A stretch of DNA of 63,983 nucleotides, filler included, from Trichomonas gallinae (taxonomy: Eukaryota): NCBI GenBank assembly GCA_008369845.1. It is 7 parts of 7 records of this genome, joined end to end, with 100 filler letters (N's around TTAATTAATTAA, not from the genome) between each part and the next. Parts side by side here need not be neighbours in the genome. Positions count along the whole stretch, not along the records: positions 1 to 13,477 come from MRSU01001088.1; positions 13,578 to 23,802 come from MRSU01001089.1; 5 more parts are not named here. One strand, given 5' to 3'. Positions 10,288 through 20,139 of this stretch are shown piece by piece; position 1 is the stretch's first letter, and every line of letters starts with the position of its first letter. Position numbers and translations under genes: made by a program. The notes beneath the pieces are model-generated. The model did no database searches. It had not been told where the DNA came from and saw nothing but the letters and a program-made list of their open reading frames with translations.

Positions 10288-11739
10288 ATGATCCACAGTG
10301 TAGCTATCATCGCGAAAAACGGGCGATTATTGATCGTTAGGCGTTTCACACACGCCAAGGATTCAAACATAGAGGGACATTTGGGCGCTTTCCCTCAGCT
10401 CGTCAAGAATTCGGGACATAACTACATTGATACCGAAACAGCAAGACTAGTATATCAAGAAACCAACGATTTATATGTTATTATAACTGTTTCGAAAGAT
10501 ACAAACATCATTGAAGCTTTAGATACAGTAATGTTATTCGTTGATGTTACAAGATCGATTTGCGGTGAAATTGTGGAAGATAAAATTATAGCAAATGCAA
10601 TTGATTTAATATTCGCGTATGACGAATGCATTTTCGATGGATTTACAAGAAATGTTGTCGCATCCGATGTTACACGTTTCTTGAAAATGCAATCTGCCAC
10701 GGAAGAAGCGTACCTCAAGGAACTCGAAGCCAAAGTTGCTCATCAACGCGAGCTCATCAAAGCTCACGAGGCAACAACAAAAGGAAAACCAGTTGTTTCT
10801 TCACAAACATTCTATCAGCCTACAGAAATTCGCACGACATTCGATGCAGAACCAGCGCCAAAGCCATCAATTACGCCGAAGACGACTGGAATGCAACTTG
10901 GCCTCGGCAAAAAGTCCCACAGAGAGATTTTCAAGGCACAAGTCATGGCTGAAGAGGGTATCACATCACCAAGTGAGACAGAATCACCACAAAAACCACA
11001 AGAATCAAACGATTTTCAAATTCAATTCGAAGAAAAATTCAATGCAGTCGTTAATCACTCCGGAACTGTTAGCGAATTACTATGGGATGGCCGTCTTTAC
11101 GCAATTTCTAATTCAAAATGCAAAATTCAGATCGCACTAGAAATTCCAGAATCGAACAATTTCCTTATGAAACCGATGCAGCAGGCCGACAAAAAGATGT
11201 TTACAAACAGCAGATGCCTCATTTACGACAATATCACAACCGGATTTCATCCTGGTGTTAGAGGCGCGATTCTCGGCTGGAAGAGGAACAGCCAGTCAGC
11301 TGAAGACTTGCCATTTTCAGTTGAGTTCTGGTTCACTAATGGATCGGGCTCAACGACTTGTTCTTGCGAAGCAACATTAAATTCAACAGACAAAGACTTT
11401 TCAGGTCTTAAATTGCAAATACCTATAGAGAATATGAAGAAGGCAGAAGTGAGCGCTATAGATGGCGAATATGAGATTAATTTTGATAGAGCGAGTGGAA
11501 AATCTTATCTTTTGTGGACAATTTCCGAATTTAATAAGGAAAAGCCACATGCTGAGATAGAATTCTCACTCCCTGTTGTTATTCAAGAAGAATTATTCTT
11601 CCCTGTTATTGTTAATTTCAGTATTCCCTCGATATTCTGCCAGATGGATGTCACAAGTGTCACGTCTGTCGATGATGGCGAAGCGGTCAAATATTCCATT
11701 ACAAAGAGCTGTGTTTCTAACAAATTCGAATATGAGTAA
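10288..11739 (+). CDS. ARCN1: Coatomer subunit delta (delta-COP)
   Basis: Longin N-terminus (IEGHLGAFPQLV, YIDTETARLVYQ, SKDTNIIEALDT, DLIFAYDE), GMQLG linker motif and C-terminal mu-homology domain. Confidence 0.88.
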   Translation: MIHSVAIIAKNGRLLIVRRFTHAKDSNIEGHLGAFPQLVKNSGHNYIDTETARLVYQETNDLYVIITVSKDTNIIEALDTVMLFVDVTRSICGEIVEDKIIANAIDLIFAYDECIFDGFTRNVVASDVTRFLKMQSATEEAYLKELEAKVAHQRELIKAHEATTKGKPVVSSQTFYQPTEIRTTFDAEPAPKPSITPKTTGMQLGLGKKSHREIFKAQVMAEEGITSPSETESPQKPQESNDFQIQFEEKFNAVVNHSGTVSELLWDGRLYAISNSKCKIQIALEIPESNNFLMKPMQQADKKMFTNSRCLIYDNITTGFHPGVRGAILGWKRNSQSAEDLPFSVEFWFTNGSGSTTCSCEATLNSTDKDFSGLKLQIPIENMKKAEVSAIDGEYEINFDRASGKSYLLWTISEFNKEKPHAEIEFSLPVVIQEELFFPVIVNFSIPSIFCQMDVTSVTSVDDGEAVKYSITKSCVSNKFEYE

Positions 11740-12045
11740 TTTTAGAAGTTTAAAAAGTACCTATATTTCTTTTTATAACCACTGACATCTTAACCATAAT
11801 ACAAATAACATCTAATTTTTGAATTTTTAAATATAAATAAATTAATTCCGAAAACTATAAAATATAAATAGTTTTGGGGCTAGTTTAGCTATAATTTGAA
11901 TTATAGAAGCCAAATCTAAATATTATTTTTGGCCAGAATTAAAAAAATAGTTTTTGTGAAAAATTTTAATGACAAAGTTCCATAATTTCTTGTAAATAGT
12001 ATAAATGTAAAATTATTTTTGATTTCTTTTTTCTCATTTTTTAGG

Positions 12046-13314
12046 ATGAAAAATCAAAGAGTTGTTTATTTTTATGACGATGACATTGGTAAGTTTTACT
12101 ATGCACCGAATCATCACATGAAGCCTCATCGCGTGCGAATGACTCATCGCTTAATTACTGCTTACGGACTTGATAAAAAAATGAGAGTCCTTAGACCGAA
12201 AAGAGCGACAGCTTACGACATGCAACGTTTTCATACACCAGACTACATCGATTATATACAAAAAACTACACCAGAAACTCAAAAATCGCATTTTGGATTA
12301 TTAGAAAAATTCGGACTTAACGAAGACTGCCCAGTATTCGAAGGATTATTCGAATTCTGCCAGATATCAGCCGGTGGATCACTTTCAGCCGCCGAAGAAC
12401 TGAATAAAGGAACAGCTGATATCGCAATCAACTGGGCTGGCGGCCTTCACCACGCTAAAATGAATCAAGCCAGCGGATTCTGCTATGTGGCAGACTGCGT
12501 TTTGGGAATTCTCAAATTATTGGAAAGATACAAACGTGTTATGTACATAGACATTGATATTCATCACGGTGATGGTGTAGAAGAAGCATTTTACTCGACA
12601 GATCGCGTTTTAACAGTTTCTTTTCACAAATACGGAAAATTCTTCCCAGGCACTGGAAGCATTAAAGATATCGGCGTTGGAGCAGGCAAACACTATTGCA
12701 TCAATGTTCCTCTCAAAGATGGAATGGATGATACATCATTTACCATTCTTTTCAAGAATATAATTTCAAGAGCCATCGAATGGTACCGTCCAGAGGCCAT
12801 TTTGCTTCAATGCGGCGCAGACTCATTGACAGGTGATCGTCTAGGCACGTTTAACCTCACAATTCAAGGTCACGCAGAATGCGTCAAAATTGTTCGCGAT
12901 TTCGGCATCCCACTCATCCTAACAGGTGGGGGTGGCTACACCGTCCGCAATGTCGCCAGGTGCTGGACATACGAAACAGCTTTAGTTTTAAACGAAGAAC
13001 TCGACACCAAACTTCCATACAACGAGTATTTGTCGTACTACGGACCAGACTACAATCTACACATACAGCCAGCTTCTAATAAGCCGAATAAGAACTCAGT
13101 TGAATATCTCAACCAGATCCAAACAGAAATCTTTGAAAGCATCAGACATCTTCCTTGCGCGCCTTCACTGAGGATCAGCACAACGAAAGAAGACGTCTCG
13201 AAGCTCTTGCAGGACTCTGATGAGAGCGATGACGAGTTTTATGATACAAGGATCACTGACGCTTGCATCAGGCCAGGATACAAGCTCAATTACTTATCTG
13301 ATGTTGATATTTAA
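12046..13314 (+). CDS. RPD3: Class I histone deacetylase (Rpd3/HDAC1-like)
   Basis: HHMKPHRVRMT, EDCPVFEG, NWAGGLHHA, DIDIHHGDGVEEAF, QCGADSL..D, GGGGY all intact. Confidence 0.96.
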   Translation: MKNQRVVYFYDDDIGKFYYAPNHHMKPHRVRMTHRLITAYGLDKKMRVLRPKRATAYDMQRFHTPDYIDYIQKTTPETQKSHFGLLEKFGLNEDCPVFEGLFEFCQISAGGSLSAAEELNKGTADIAINWAGGLHHAKMNQASGFCYVADCVLGILKLLERYKRVMYIDIDIHHGDGVEEAFYSTDRVLTVSFHKYGKFFPGTGSIKDIGVGAGKHYCINVPLKDGMDDTSFTILFKNIISRAIEWYRPEAILLQCGADSLTGDRLGTFNLTIQGHAECVKIVRDFGIPLILTGGGGYTVRNVARCWTYETALVLNEELDTKLPYNEYLSYYGPDYNLHIQPASNKPNKNSVEYLNQIQTEIFESIRHLPCAPSLRISTTKEDVSKLLQDSDESDDEFYDTRITDACIRPGYKLNYLSDVDI

Positions 13315-13397
13315 AAATGTTTATTTACTTTTGATATTTTTAGGGATGAATTTTTATCTGACACGTAAAGTGTCAAAATATATTCATTTAAATAATT

Positions 13398-13477
13398 GTT
13401 GTCCGGCAGAAAAATACAACTAAAAATTCTGTAAATTAATAATATAGAATGAGCACATAGTGACCATTAAAATGCTA
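13398..13477 (+). repeat. 80-bp inverted repeat, left copy (possible transposon terminus)
   Basis: Reverse complement of 13644-13723 with one mismatch. Runs into the assembly linker. Confidence 0.85.
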
Positions 13478-13577
13478 NNNNNNNNNNNNNNNNNNNNNNN
13501 NNNNNNNNNNNNNNNNNNNNNTTAATTAATTAANNNNNNNNNNNNNNNNNNNNNNNNNNNNNNNNNNNNNNNNNNNN
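13478..13577. other. Artificial contig linker N44-TTAATTAATTAA-N44
   Basis: Identical 100-nt spacer with six-frame stops, recurring six times in the window. Confidence 0.98.
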
Positions 13578-13643
13578 ACGCGTCAGGTTCGACGCTATAG
13601 TAGAGCCCAAGAAAACTCCACCGGGATTTTTTTGATGGGAATC

Positions 13644-13723
13644 TAGCATTTTAATGGGCACTATGTGCTCATTCTATATTATTAATTTACAGAATTTTTA
13701 GTTGTATTTTTCTGCCGGACAAC
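13644..13723 (-). repeat. 80-bp inverted repeat, right copy
   Basis: 79/80 identical to 13398-13477 in inverted orientation. Confidence 0.85.
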
Positions 13724-13909
13724 CTTTATATTTATCAAAAAATAATTTACATGACAAAAACGATACCTGAAATTTTATTGATTTTCTTTCGTGGAAATGA
13801 CAGACAACATAATAACAAACAAATTTCTTCATGAGATTAAAAATTTTTGGAAAGATTTTTGTTTTGAACAACTGTGTTCGTTCAAATATCTCAGAAAGTG
13901 ACAAAAATT

Positions 13910-15196
13910 ATGAGTGCTACGATACCATTATTAGTATCGATCACTGCTAATGAAGATAAATTCATTAGGCAAAAGCTAGAAAAACACCAAACAATGAAAA
14001 TCGAAACTTCCGGAGAGCTCTATAACCACACGTTACTTTTCCCAGATCACAAGGATATTAAAATTGTCGTTTTTCACGGAGATAACCCACAGGGACGTAC
14101 TCTTGGTGCTGAGGAAAGCGGTATTGTAGGTTATGGAAAGTCACCAGTCAAAGCATTAGTCACTGCAAATAAAGAAGTCGAAGTTACAGCTTATGCAGCA
14201 TTCTTCCAACAAGATGAATCAGCCCAGCAAGCATTATTATACACAGATCCACACCTTCAACTTACATTCAAAAACAATGCAGATAAAATTGCAACTGTTG
14301 GTTTCAATCCACCAAGCTCACCAGTTTTAGCTTCGATGATGACATCAGGCTTATCTTTGCTCTTCAACTTCTTTGATTCCCACTTCTCATTTGCGAACAC
14401 AATTCTTGCAAACATGCCTCATGTTGTTATCTCTCCAAGCAGATGCGATGTTGTTTTCAACGTCAGGCCAGCTGCAGAGCAGGGCTACCACACACCACTC
14501 GTTGCTCTCGTTAAAGGTAATAGGAGAGGAGCAATTTTCACCCTCAAGCCAGGCAATGAAGTTTTCAAGCCAAAACCAAACCCACAACCAGAACCAGCTC
14601 CACAGCCAGAGCCAAATCCACAACCAGAGCCACATCCTCAACCTCAACCAGAAACACAGCAACCACCAGCTACAATCACAGTTACTCCGCAGAAGGAGCA
14701 CAACCACCATCACCATAAGCATGGCGAAAGAGGTTTTCACGGCGAAAGCATGGGACACTTCATCTCATTTGCTTTCGGTATGGGATTCATGGCTTTGATC
14801 TTCGCTGTCTGCGCTGCATGCAAAAAGTGCAAGAAGCCATCTCTTCCAGATAACGAAGCTATCCCACCAATCATGGGTGTTGCGCAGTTACCATATTACG
14901 TTCCACAGCCTGTTCATCCAGCATATATTGTTCCACAGGCTCAACCACAGCCCGTTCAACAGCCAAGGCAAGTACCACAACCAAGGCCAGTACAACATCC
15001 AAGGCCACAGGCTCAGCCACAACAGCAACCAATGCCATTAGTTCAGATTCAACCAGTGTCAAGTCCATATGCTCCACCACCAGTGTCAAGTCCATATGCT
15101 CCACCACCAGCACAGCCACAGGTCCAAGTAAGACCACAACAAGTTGTTCGTAACCCATACTCCGCGGCCCCTGTTTACGTTGCCTACCGCAAGTGA
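13910..15196 (+). CDS. Putative single-pass surface/membrane protein with Pro/Gln-rich stalk and cytosolic tail
   Basis: PQPEP repeats, His-rich patch, hydrophobic FISFAFGMGFMALIFAVCAAC followed by KKCKK, Pro/Gln/Tyr-rich tail. AAAGTGAC motif at 13895-13902 precedes the ATG. Confidence 0.75.
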   Translation: MSATIPLLVSITANEDKFIRQKLEKHQTMKIETSGELYNHTLLFPDHKDIKIVVFHGDNPQGRTLGAEESGIVGYGKSPVKALVTANKEVEVTAYAAFFQQDESAQQALLYTDPHLQLTFKNNADKIATVGFNPPSSPVLASMMTSGLSLLFNFFDSHFSFANTILANMPHVVISPSRCDVVFNVRPAAEQGYHTPLVALVKGNRRGAIFTLKPGNEVFKPKPNPQPEPAPQPEPNPQPEPHPQPQPETQQPPATITVTPQKEHNHHHHKHGERGFHGESMGHFISFAFGMGFMALIFAVCAACKKCKKPSLPDNEAIPPIMGVAQLPYYVPQPVHPAYIVPQAQPQPVQQPRQVPQPRPVQHPRPQAQPQQQPMPLVQIQPVSSPYAPPPVSSPYAPPPAQPQVQVRPQQVVRNPYSAAPVYVAYRK

Positions 15197-15390
15197 GTTA
15201 TTAAACATTTAATTTTTAATTTATTTTTTCTTTGTAAATATTATAATGAAATCCCATATTAGCATATTGAAATTCCTTAAAAAGCTCAATTTAATCATCA
15301 TTTTTAGGTGATATCGAGTTCTGCAATAATTTATTAAAAAATTTGAACTTAATAGAAAGGATAGAAAGATTTATTATAGGAAAATGAAGA

Positions 15391-15987
15391 CTAATCCTCA
15401 TCAATGAAAGCAAAATCCTCCCATTGATTGAAAATTTCCATATTTTGGTCGAAAGTTTCATTTTCTTTGATAAATGATGCATCTTGCATATTATACATTG
15501 CAGCTTCTTCAATAGAAGGCAAAGGTGGAGAGATAAAACTGTGATTTTCATCTTCTGAAGGTTTTGCATAGTATCTGACTGTCCATTGTCTTAATTCTGA
15601 TGGATTCCCTTTAAGACATGGAATTTCGTTCAACAATTCCTCACAATCAGATGCTCTTCCACTTGTTATAGTGTAGCCCATGCCTTTGAGCGAAGTATTG
15701 ATTGAAGTCTTGCATCTTAATACTAAAATTCTTAGCTGGGAAGTATTAACAGCAACACCTCCATCGAATTTCAAAAACCCGCAAGCTAAACATCTACGCC
15801 ATTTATCTTGCATATTATGGTTCTGGTACATTTCAATAGCATCAATGATATCAGTAAAGTCATCAATTTTTGTGTTTCTTTTGTTTTTTAATGATGGCTG
15901 CGATAATGCATCTTGAATCTTTATGTATGTTGCTTGGTCCTCATCAGACAGAAGTTTCCAAAACTTTGGCTTAGACTCGCTGGACAT
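15391..15987 (-). CDS. Initiator-binding domain (IBD) family transcription factor
   Basis: FWKLLSDEDQATY...WRRCLACG...AVNTSQLRILVLRCKTSINTSLKGMGY matches the trichomonad IBD family pattern. Confidence 0.85.
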   Translation of the reverse strand: MSSESKPKFWKLLSDEDQATYIKIQDALSQPSLKNKRNTKIDDFTDIIDAIEMYQNHNMQDKWRRCLACGFLKFDGGVAVNTSQLRILVLRCKTSINTSLKGMGYTITSGRASDCEELLNEIPCLKGNPSELRQWTVRYYAKPSEDENHSFISPPLPSIEEAAMYNMQDASFIKENETFDQNMEIFNQWEDFAFIDED

Positions 15988-16299
15988 TTCTACAATAAAT
16001 GAAATGATATAAATTTGACAACTTTCAAGTCATCACAAATTTTTAAATAACGTTCTGTATTCAAACTCAAAAATTGAAGGAACTTTTTCTTATCAAAATT
16101 ATGTCTAGCTTTTCTACCAACAAGATATTATTCCCCTTTAAACCATTAATATACACACAAGCAGAAGAACTATAGTATCAAAGATAATGAATATGCAATG
16201 TTGATTTGGAAAAAAGTCGCTCAAAAAAAAAAAAAAAATCAATTTGAAACACTACATTTGTAAGGTACTATATACACATCGTAGTGACAGTATGCATTA

Positions 16300-16540
16300 G
16301 AATGATCAGGAAATATTAGTTTCATTACGTGTTGTAATTAAACGATTTGATGTTTAAACACCATAATGTGATGCTGCATTTGATAAACATATTGGTGTAG
16401 CCATCACAAAATTAGTTGAATTCGCTGCAAGCATTGAAGCAAAAGATAAGTAGGATTAATAATATAAATTGATACATCTTCCAAAATGGCTCGATTTCAA
16501 TGCAATCAATGAAACAGAAGTATATACTAATATCCAATCA
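16300..16540 (+). pseudogene. Decayed ankyrin-repeat gene fragment
   Basis: One frame reads QEILVSLRVVIKRFDV*TP*CDAAFDKHIGVAITKLVEFAASIEAKDK*, an ankyrin pattern (TPLH.AA...GA.IEAKD) with in-frame stops. Confidence 0.6.
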
Positions 16541-16856
16541 TGGTATTCATGAAATCCATGATTAATAGTATTTATGCCAATTGAAAACTTAATAGCTTTG
16601 ATTTTAATTAAATTTGATCCAATATAGTATTTATAATCATTTCTCTAGATTTTTGAACCACCTGTCGAATATATAGATGGTATGTAATAATATAATATAT
16701 CATACTATATCATTAACACATCTTTGAGATCTTTGCCGATAAAAACTTGTGGATAGCCCAAAATTTCAACAAGAGATTGATCTAGTTGAACTAAGACAGA
16801 TGCAATGCTTTAAAAATTAACAAAATCAATATAAAAATGCAAAAACGTGACAGTGG

Positions 16857-17825
16857 ATGAAGAAAGGTGATATAGTGGGCTTCTTCAAACTCGTTTGCAA
16901 GATTGGCGACGGCGGATTTGGAGGTGTTTGGCTTGCTCAATCCACCGAAGATGATGAATTTTACGCAATGAAGGTCGAACCTACAAATTCTCAAAGGCAG
17001 ACTTTACGTTTTGAAGCGCAAGTCCTCAAAAAGATGAAAGGAACAGATGTAACACCGTTATTCAAGATCGATGGCAATGATCGCGATAATTTTTACTGCG
17101 TTATGGAATTATGCGGACCAAATCTTTCTGATATTGCCCAGAATTTGCCTGAAAAGAAGTTTTCCATGCAATACATTCCACGCATTGCTCATGCAATGTT
17201 CTGCCTAGTCGAAGTTTTGCATAATAAAGGATATATTCACCGCGACATCAAACCTCAGAACTTTGTCATTCGTATGAAAGGAAATAGGCCAATCTGCCTC
17301 ATTGATTTTGGAATCTCTCGTATTTATTTAGATGCTAATGGCAACCATATCGATGCTAGGCACAACGCAGCTGCAATGGGCTCAATGCTATACGCATCAG
17401 CCAATTCGATGGACAGAGTTGATCTTTCAAGGCGTGATGACTTAATATCTTTAATTTACTCTATTATGGATTTGGCAGGAGTCGAAATTCCATGGCGTGG
17501 CAAAACTTCGAATCCAGAAGTTTTATCTTTGAAGAAGTCTCATACTCTCGCTAGCCTTGTAGAGCCTCTCGGACAAGGATTTATCGACATTGCCAATCAC
17601 ATTCAAGGACTTCAATACGCTGACGCACCAAACTACGAATCAATCCGTAAGACACTCGAATCAATGTTTACAGAAACACCAAAACCATATCAATGGATGG
17701 AAACTCCTCCTATCAGAGATGTCATTCCAAATCCAGAGTTTAATAACGATCCAACAGGTTTCATTCTCAGTATTTCGCCTTATATTGAAGCATCATTGAA
17801 AAGAAAGAAGTGTTATATATGCTAA
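16857..17825 (+). CDS. CK1-family Ser/Thr protein kinase
   Basis: IGDGGFG, YAMKVE, MELCGPNL, HRDIKPQN, IDFG, SRRDDL. Ends RKKCYIC. Confidence 0.93.
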   Translation: MKKGDIVGFFKLVCKIGDGGFGGVWLAQSTEDDEFYAMKVEPTNSQRQTLRFEAQVLKKMKGTDVTPLFKIDGNDRDNFYCVMELCGPNLSDIAQNLPEKKFSMQYIPRIAHAMFCLVEVLHNKGYIHRDIKPQNFVIRMKGNRPICLIDFGISRIYLDANGNHIDARHNAAAMGSMLYASANSMDRVDLSRRDDLISLIYSIMDLAGVEIPWRGKTSNPEVLSLKKSHTLASLVEPLGQGFIDIANHIQGLQYADAPNYESIRKTLESMFTETPKPYQWMETPPIRDVIPNPEFNNDPTGFILSISPYIEASLKRKKCYIC

Positions 17826-18113
17826 AATTTTTTTTGTAAATTTTATTATTCAATTCACAATTCATCTATTTTAAAATCATTATTGCACAACCCATAAATG
17901 AAAAATATATAATTGAATTAGCAAATTATTTTATAATTGAAAATAAAATTATATTATTTACCGAAACGAGAGATTCATATTAAAATGGTGAATTATATAG
18001 CCATTATATATCCTAATATTGTGATAATTTTGAGATAGAATTAAATCATCTGAAATAAAAATTATGAAAGATAAATTTAATATAAACAAACAAATAAATA
18101 TACAAAAAATATA

Positions 18114-20108
18114 TCATTCTCCACCTGCTTCTGTGTTGAGAGATTTTCTTGTTGGCCTGTTCTGCGAATTTCTTGAGACGTTTTTTACGCCAGAAAATGT
18201 CGTCTTCCTTCTCTTCGCTCCAGAGTTGACTGGGCGCTGGTTCTTCTGCAGGAGAGCCGCCTGTTGCGCTGCCCTTTCTGCGGCGAGTCTCTGTTTTTCT
18301 TCTTCTTTCTGTGCGATGTAAGCAGCGAGAGCGGCAGGGACATCTTCGACAACATTGGCGTGAATTGGCTTGATGTCGACGAAGTATCTCATTGAGCTCT
18401 TTCCAATCAACTCTTGAAGACGTTCGATTTCTGCCTTTGCGTTCTTCATTGCTAGAGCCAGTGAGAGCTGCTCGTTCTTCATGAACTCGACTGTTCTCTT
18501 GCTGTTTTCAAGGTCCGTCTTTCTTCCAGCCAGTTCTGTTGTAAGTTTTTCGTTGAGGCTGGAAATCAACACCATCGATGACTTCATCTCACTTCCAGCA
18601 GACTCCCAGTGCTCGACGTATGTTGAGACTTCATTTCTTCCGTTCTCCATCCTCTGCGTCGCGTGTTCTGTGTATCTGACGGCCCATCTCCTGAAATATG
18701 TCCTCTTCTTCCTGAACTCTCTCATGATTGCGTATCTCTTCTCCATGAAGTCGTTCGGCTGCCTCCTGACTTTGTTCTTGACGACGCAGTGGTGCCAGGC
18801 GATGAAGACTCTGTGCATCTGGCCGTGGAGAATTGCGATGTAAGTCTCAACCATGTGCGCAAGCCTGTTTCGCCTGTCTGCAGCAGCGATGTGGAACTGG
18901 ATCAAGCATCTCCTCAAGAATTCTCTTTGGCTCTTCTCTTTGAATGCGATCATGTTCTTCCTCCTGACGACAATCAGGCGCCATTCTCTCATGACGATCC
19001 TCTCGAGCGAGCAGTCCTCCTTGTAGAGGCGGATCCTCTTGTTGATTGGGCGCTGCCACTTCGCGTAGCCGCCAAAAACATTGACGCGGCCGACTGAAAG
19101 AGAATACCACGCCTCGAAGAAAGTCTTCTTCTTGCGCGTGACGTAGAACTCTCTCGCGATTGCGTTGCCACTCCTGGACTCGTTCTTGCATTGCTCGATG
19201 AAGCGCTTCCACCATCTGAATGTTAATCCTTGCATATGAGCGACATAATTTTCGTGAGCGAAATCCATGATAACGTTGATGCGCTGGATGGCCAGCTGCT
19301 CGAGAATAGTGAGATTCTGATCACCTGGGTTTTCTGCGAGCCTCTTTTGAGCTTCTGCAGCAATTCTTTGCTGAAGTGCGCGTACGGCCTTTCTTGAGTG
19401 CTTTGAGAATGATAAGTCGCACCACTTACGCAGGAACTGCGCAACTTGGCGTCTTGTCCATGATTCTTGCAATTTTGGAATTTGAGCTTCGCGTTTTCTG
19501 TCTTCTTCTGTTGCTTGTTCTGACCACTCACGCCAGAATCTCAAAGCATGGCGGTTTCTAACAAGGAATCTTCTATTCATTAGGATTCTAAGATGATCAT
19601 CTGTTTTCTCATATGAAAGCAAGAATCCAAGGAGAGATTCGTGGATAGCAGCACAGTCTCTACGCATTGTACGATGAATAGCGTTCATGATTTTCTCGTA
19701 ATGAACTTCGTTCTTGAATCTTCTGAAATTTGATTGAATTGTTAAAGCTTGATCATCAAGAGAGTTTGAAGAATACTCTATTTCGCGCTGAATATCGTAA
19801 ATACGTCCGTGAATACGATTAAATGTTGATTCGATAGCTGTTGGAACTTGCAAAGCTTTTGCCATGGCATTTGCAACGAATGTTGTATCATTTTCGATTT
19901 CTTTTAAATTGGATTCGAGATTCATGATATTTTTCTTGATTAAAGATGCTTGAACGAATCGAATTGAATCTGAATTTTGTTGTTCTGTCGGTATTTTTGC
20001 TGAAACACCAGGTTTAACAAAAGGAATAGTCTTTTTTGGTGGCTCCTTCTCTTTCTTTTTAGGATATAAAGTCTGTAGAGGAAGAAGGCGCGTGTTAACA
20101 GCCTTCAT
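18114..20108 (-). CDS. Sfi1-like repeat (centrin-binding) coiled-coil protein with IQ-like motif
   Basis: Repeated [FL]xxW motifs (LRFWREW, FLRKW, FRWW, FEAW, MREW, FIAW, FRRW), ALTIQSNFRRF IQ-like motif, C-terminal coiled coil. Confidence 0.65.
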   Translation of the reverse strand: MKAVNTRLLPLQTLYPKKKEKEPPKKTIPFVKPGVSAKIPTEQQNSDSIRFVQASLIKKNIMNLESNLKEIENDTTFVANAMAKALQVPTAIESTFNRIHGRIYDIQREIEYSSNSLDDQALTIQSNFRRFKNEVHYEKIMNAIHRTMRRDCAAIHESLLGFLLSYEKTDDHLRILMNRRFLVRNRHALRFWREWSEQATEEDRKREAQIPKLQESWTRRQVAQFLRKWCDLSFSKHSRKAVRALQQRIAAEAQKRLAENPGDQNLTILEQLAIQRINVIMDFAHENYVAHMQGLTFRWWKRFIEQCKNESRSGNAIAREFYVTRKKKTFFEAWYSLSVGRVNVFGGYAKWQRPINKRIRLYKEDCSLERIVMREWRLIVVRRKNMIAFKEKSQREFLRRCLIQFHIAAADRRNRLAHMVETYIAILHGQMHRVFIAWHHCVVKNKVRRQPNDFMEKRYAIMREFRKKRTYFRRWAVRYTEHATQRMENGRNEVSTYVEHWESAGSEMKSSMVLISSLNEKLTTELAGRKTDLENSKRTVEFMKNEQLSLALAMKNAKAEIERLQELIGKSSMRYFVDIKPIHANVVEDVPAALAAYIAQKEEEKQRLAAERAAQQAALLQKNQRPVNSGAKRRKTTFSGVKNVSRNSQNRPTRKSLNTEAGGE

Positions 20109-20139
20109 TGTTTTTTTGATTAACGTGTTTATCTTTACT

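Noticed and set aside
13522..13533. TTAATTAATTAA palindrome recurring six times within N runs
   Set aside because: Artificial six-frame-stop linker used to join contigs. It also creates the false ends of ORFs 51031..55440 and 59689..60972
18481..19561. Several overlapping short ORFs within the Sfi1-like gene
   Set aside because: By-products of locally GC-rich codon usage on alternate frames and the opposite strand
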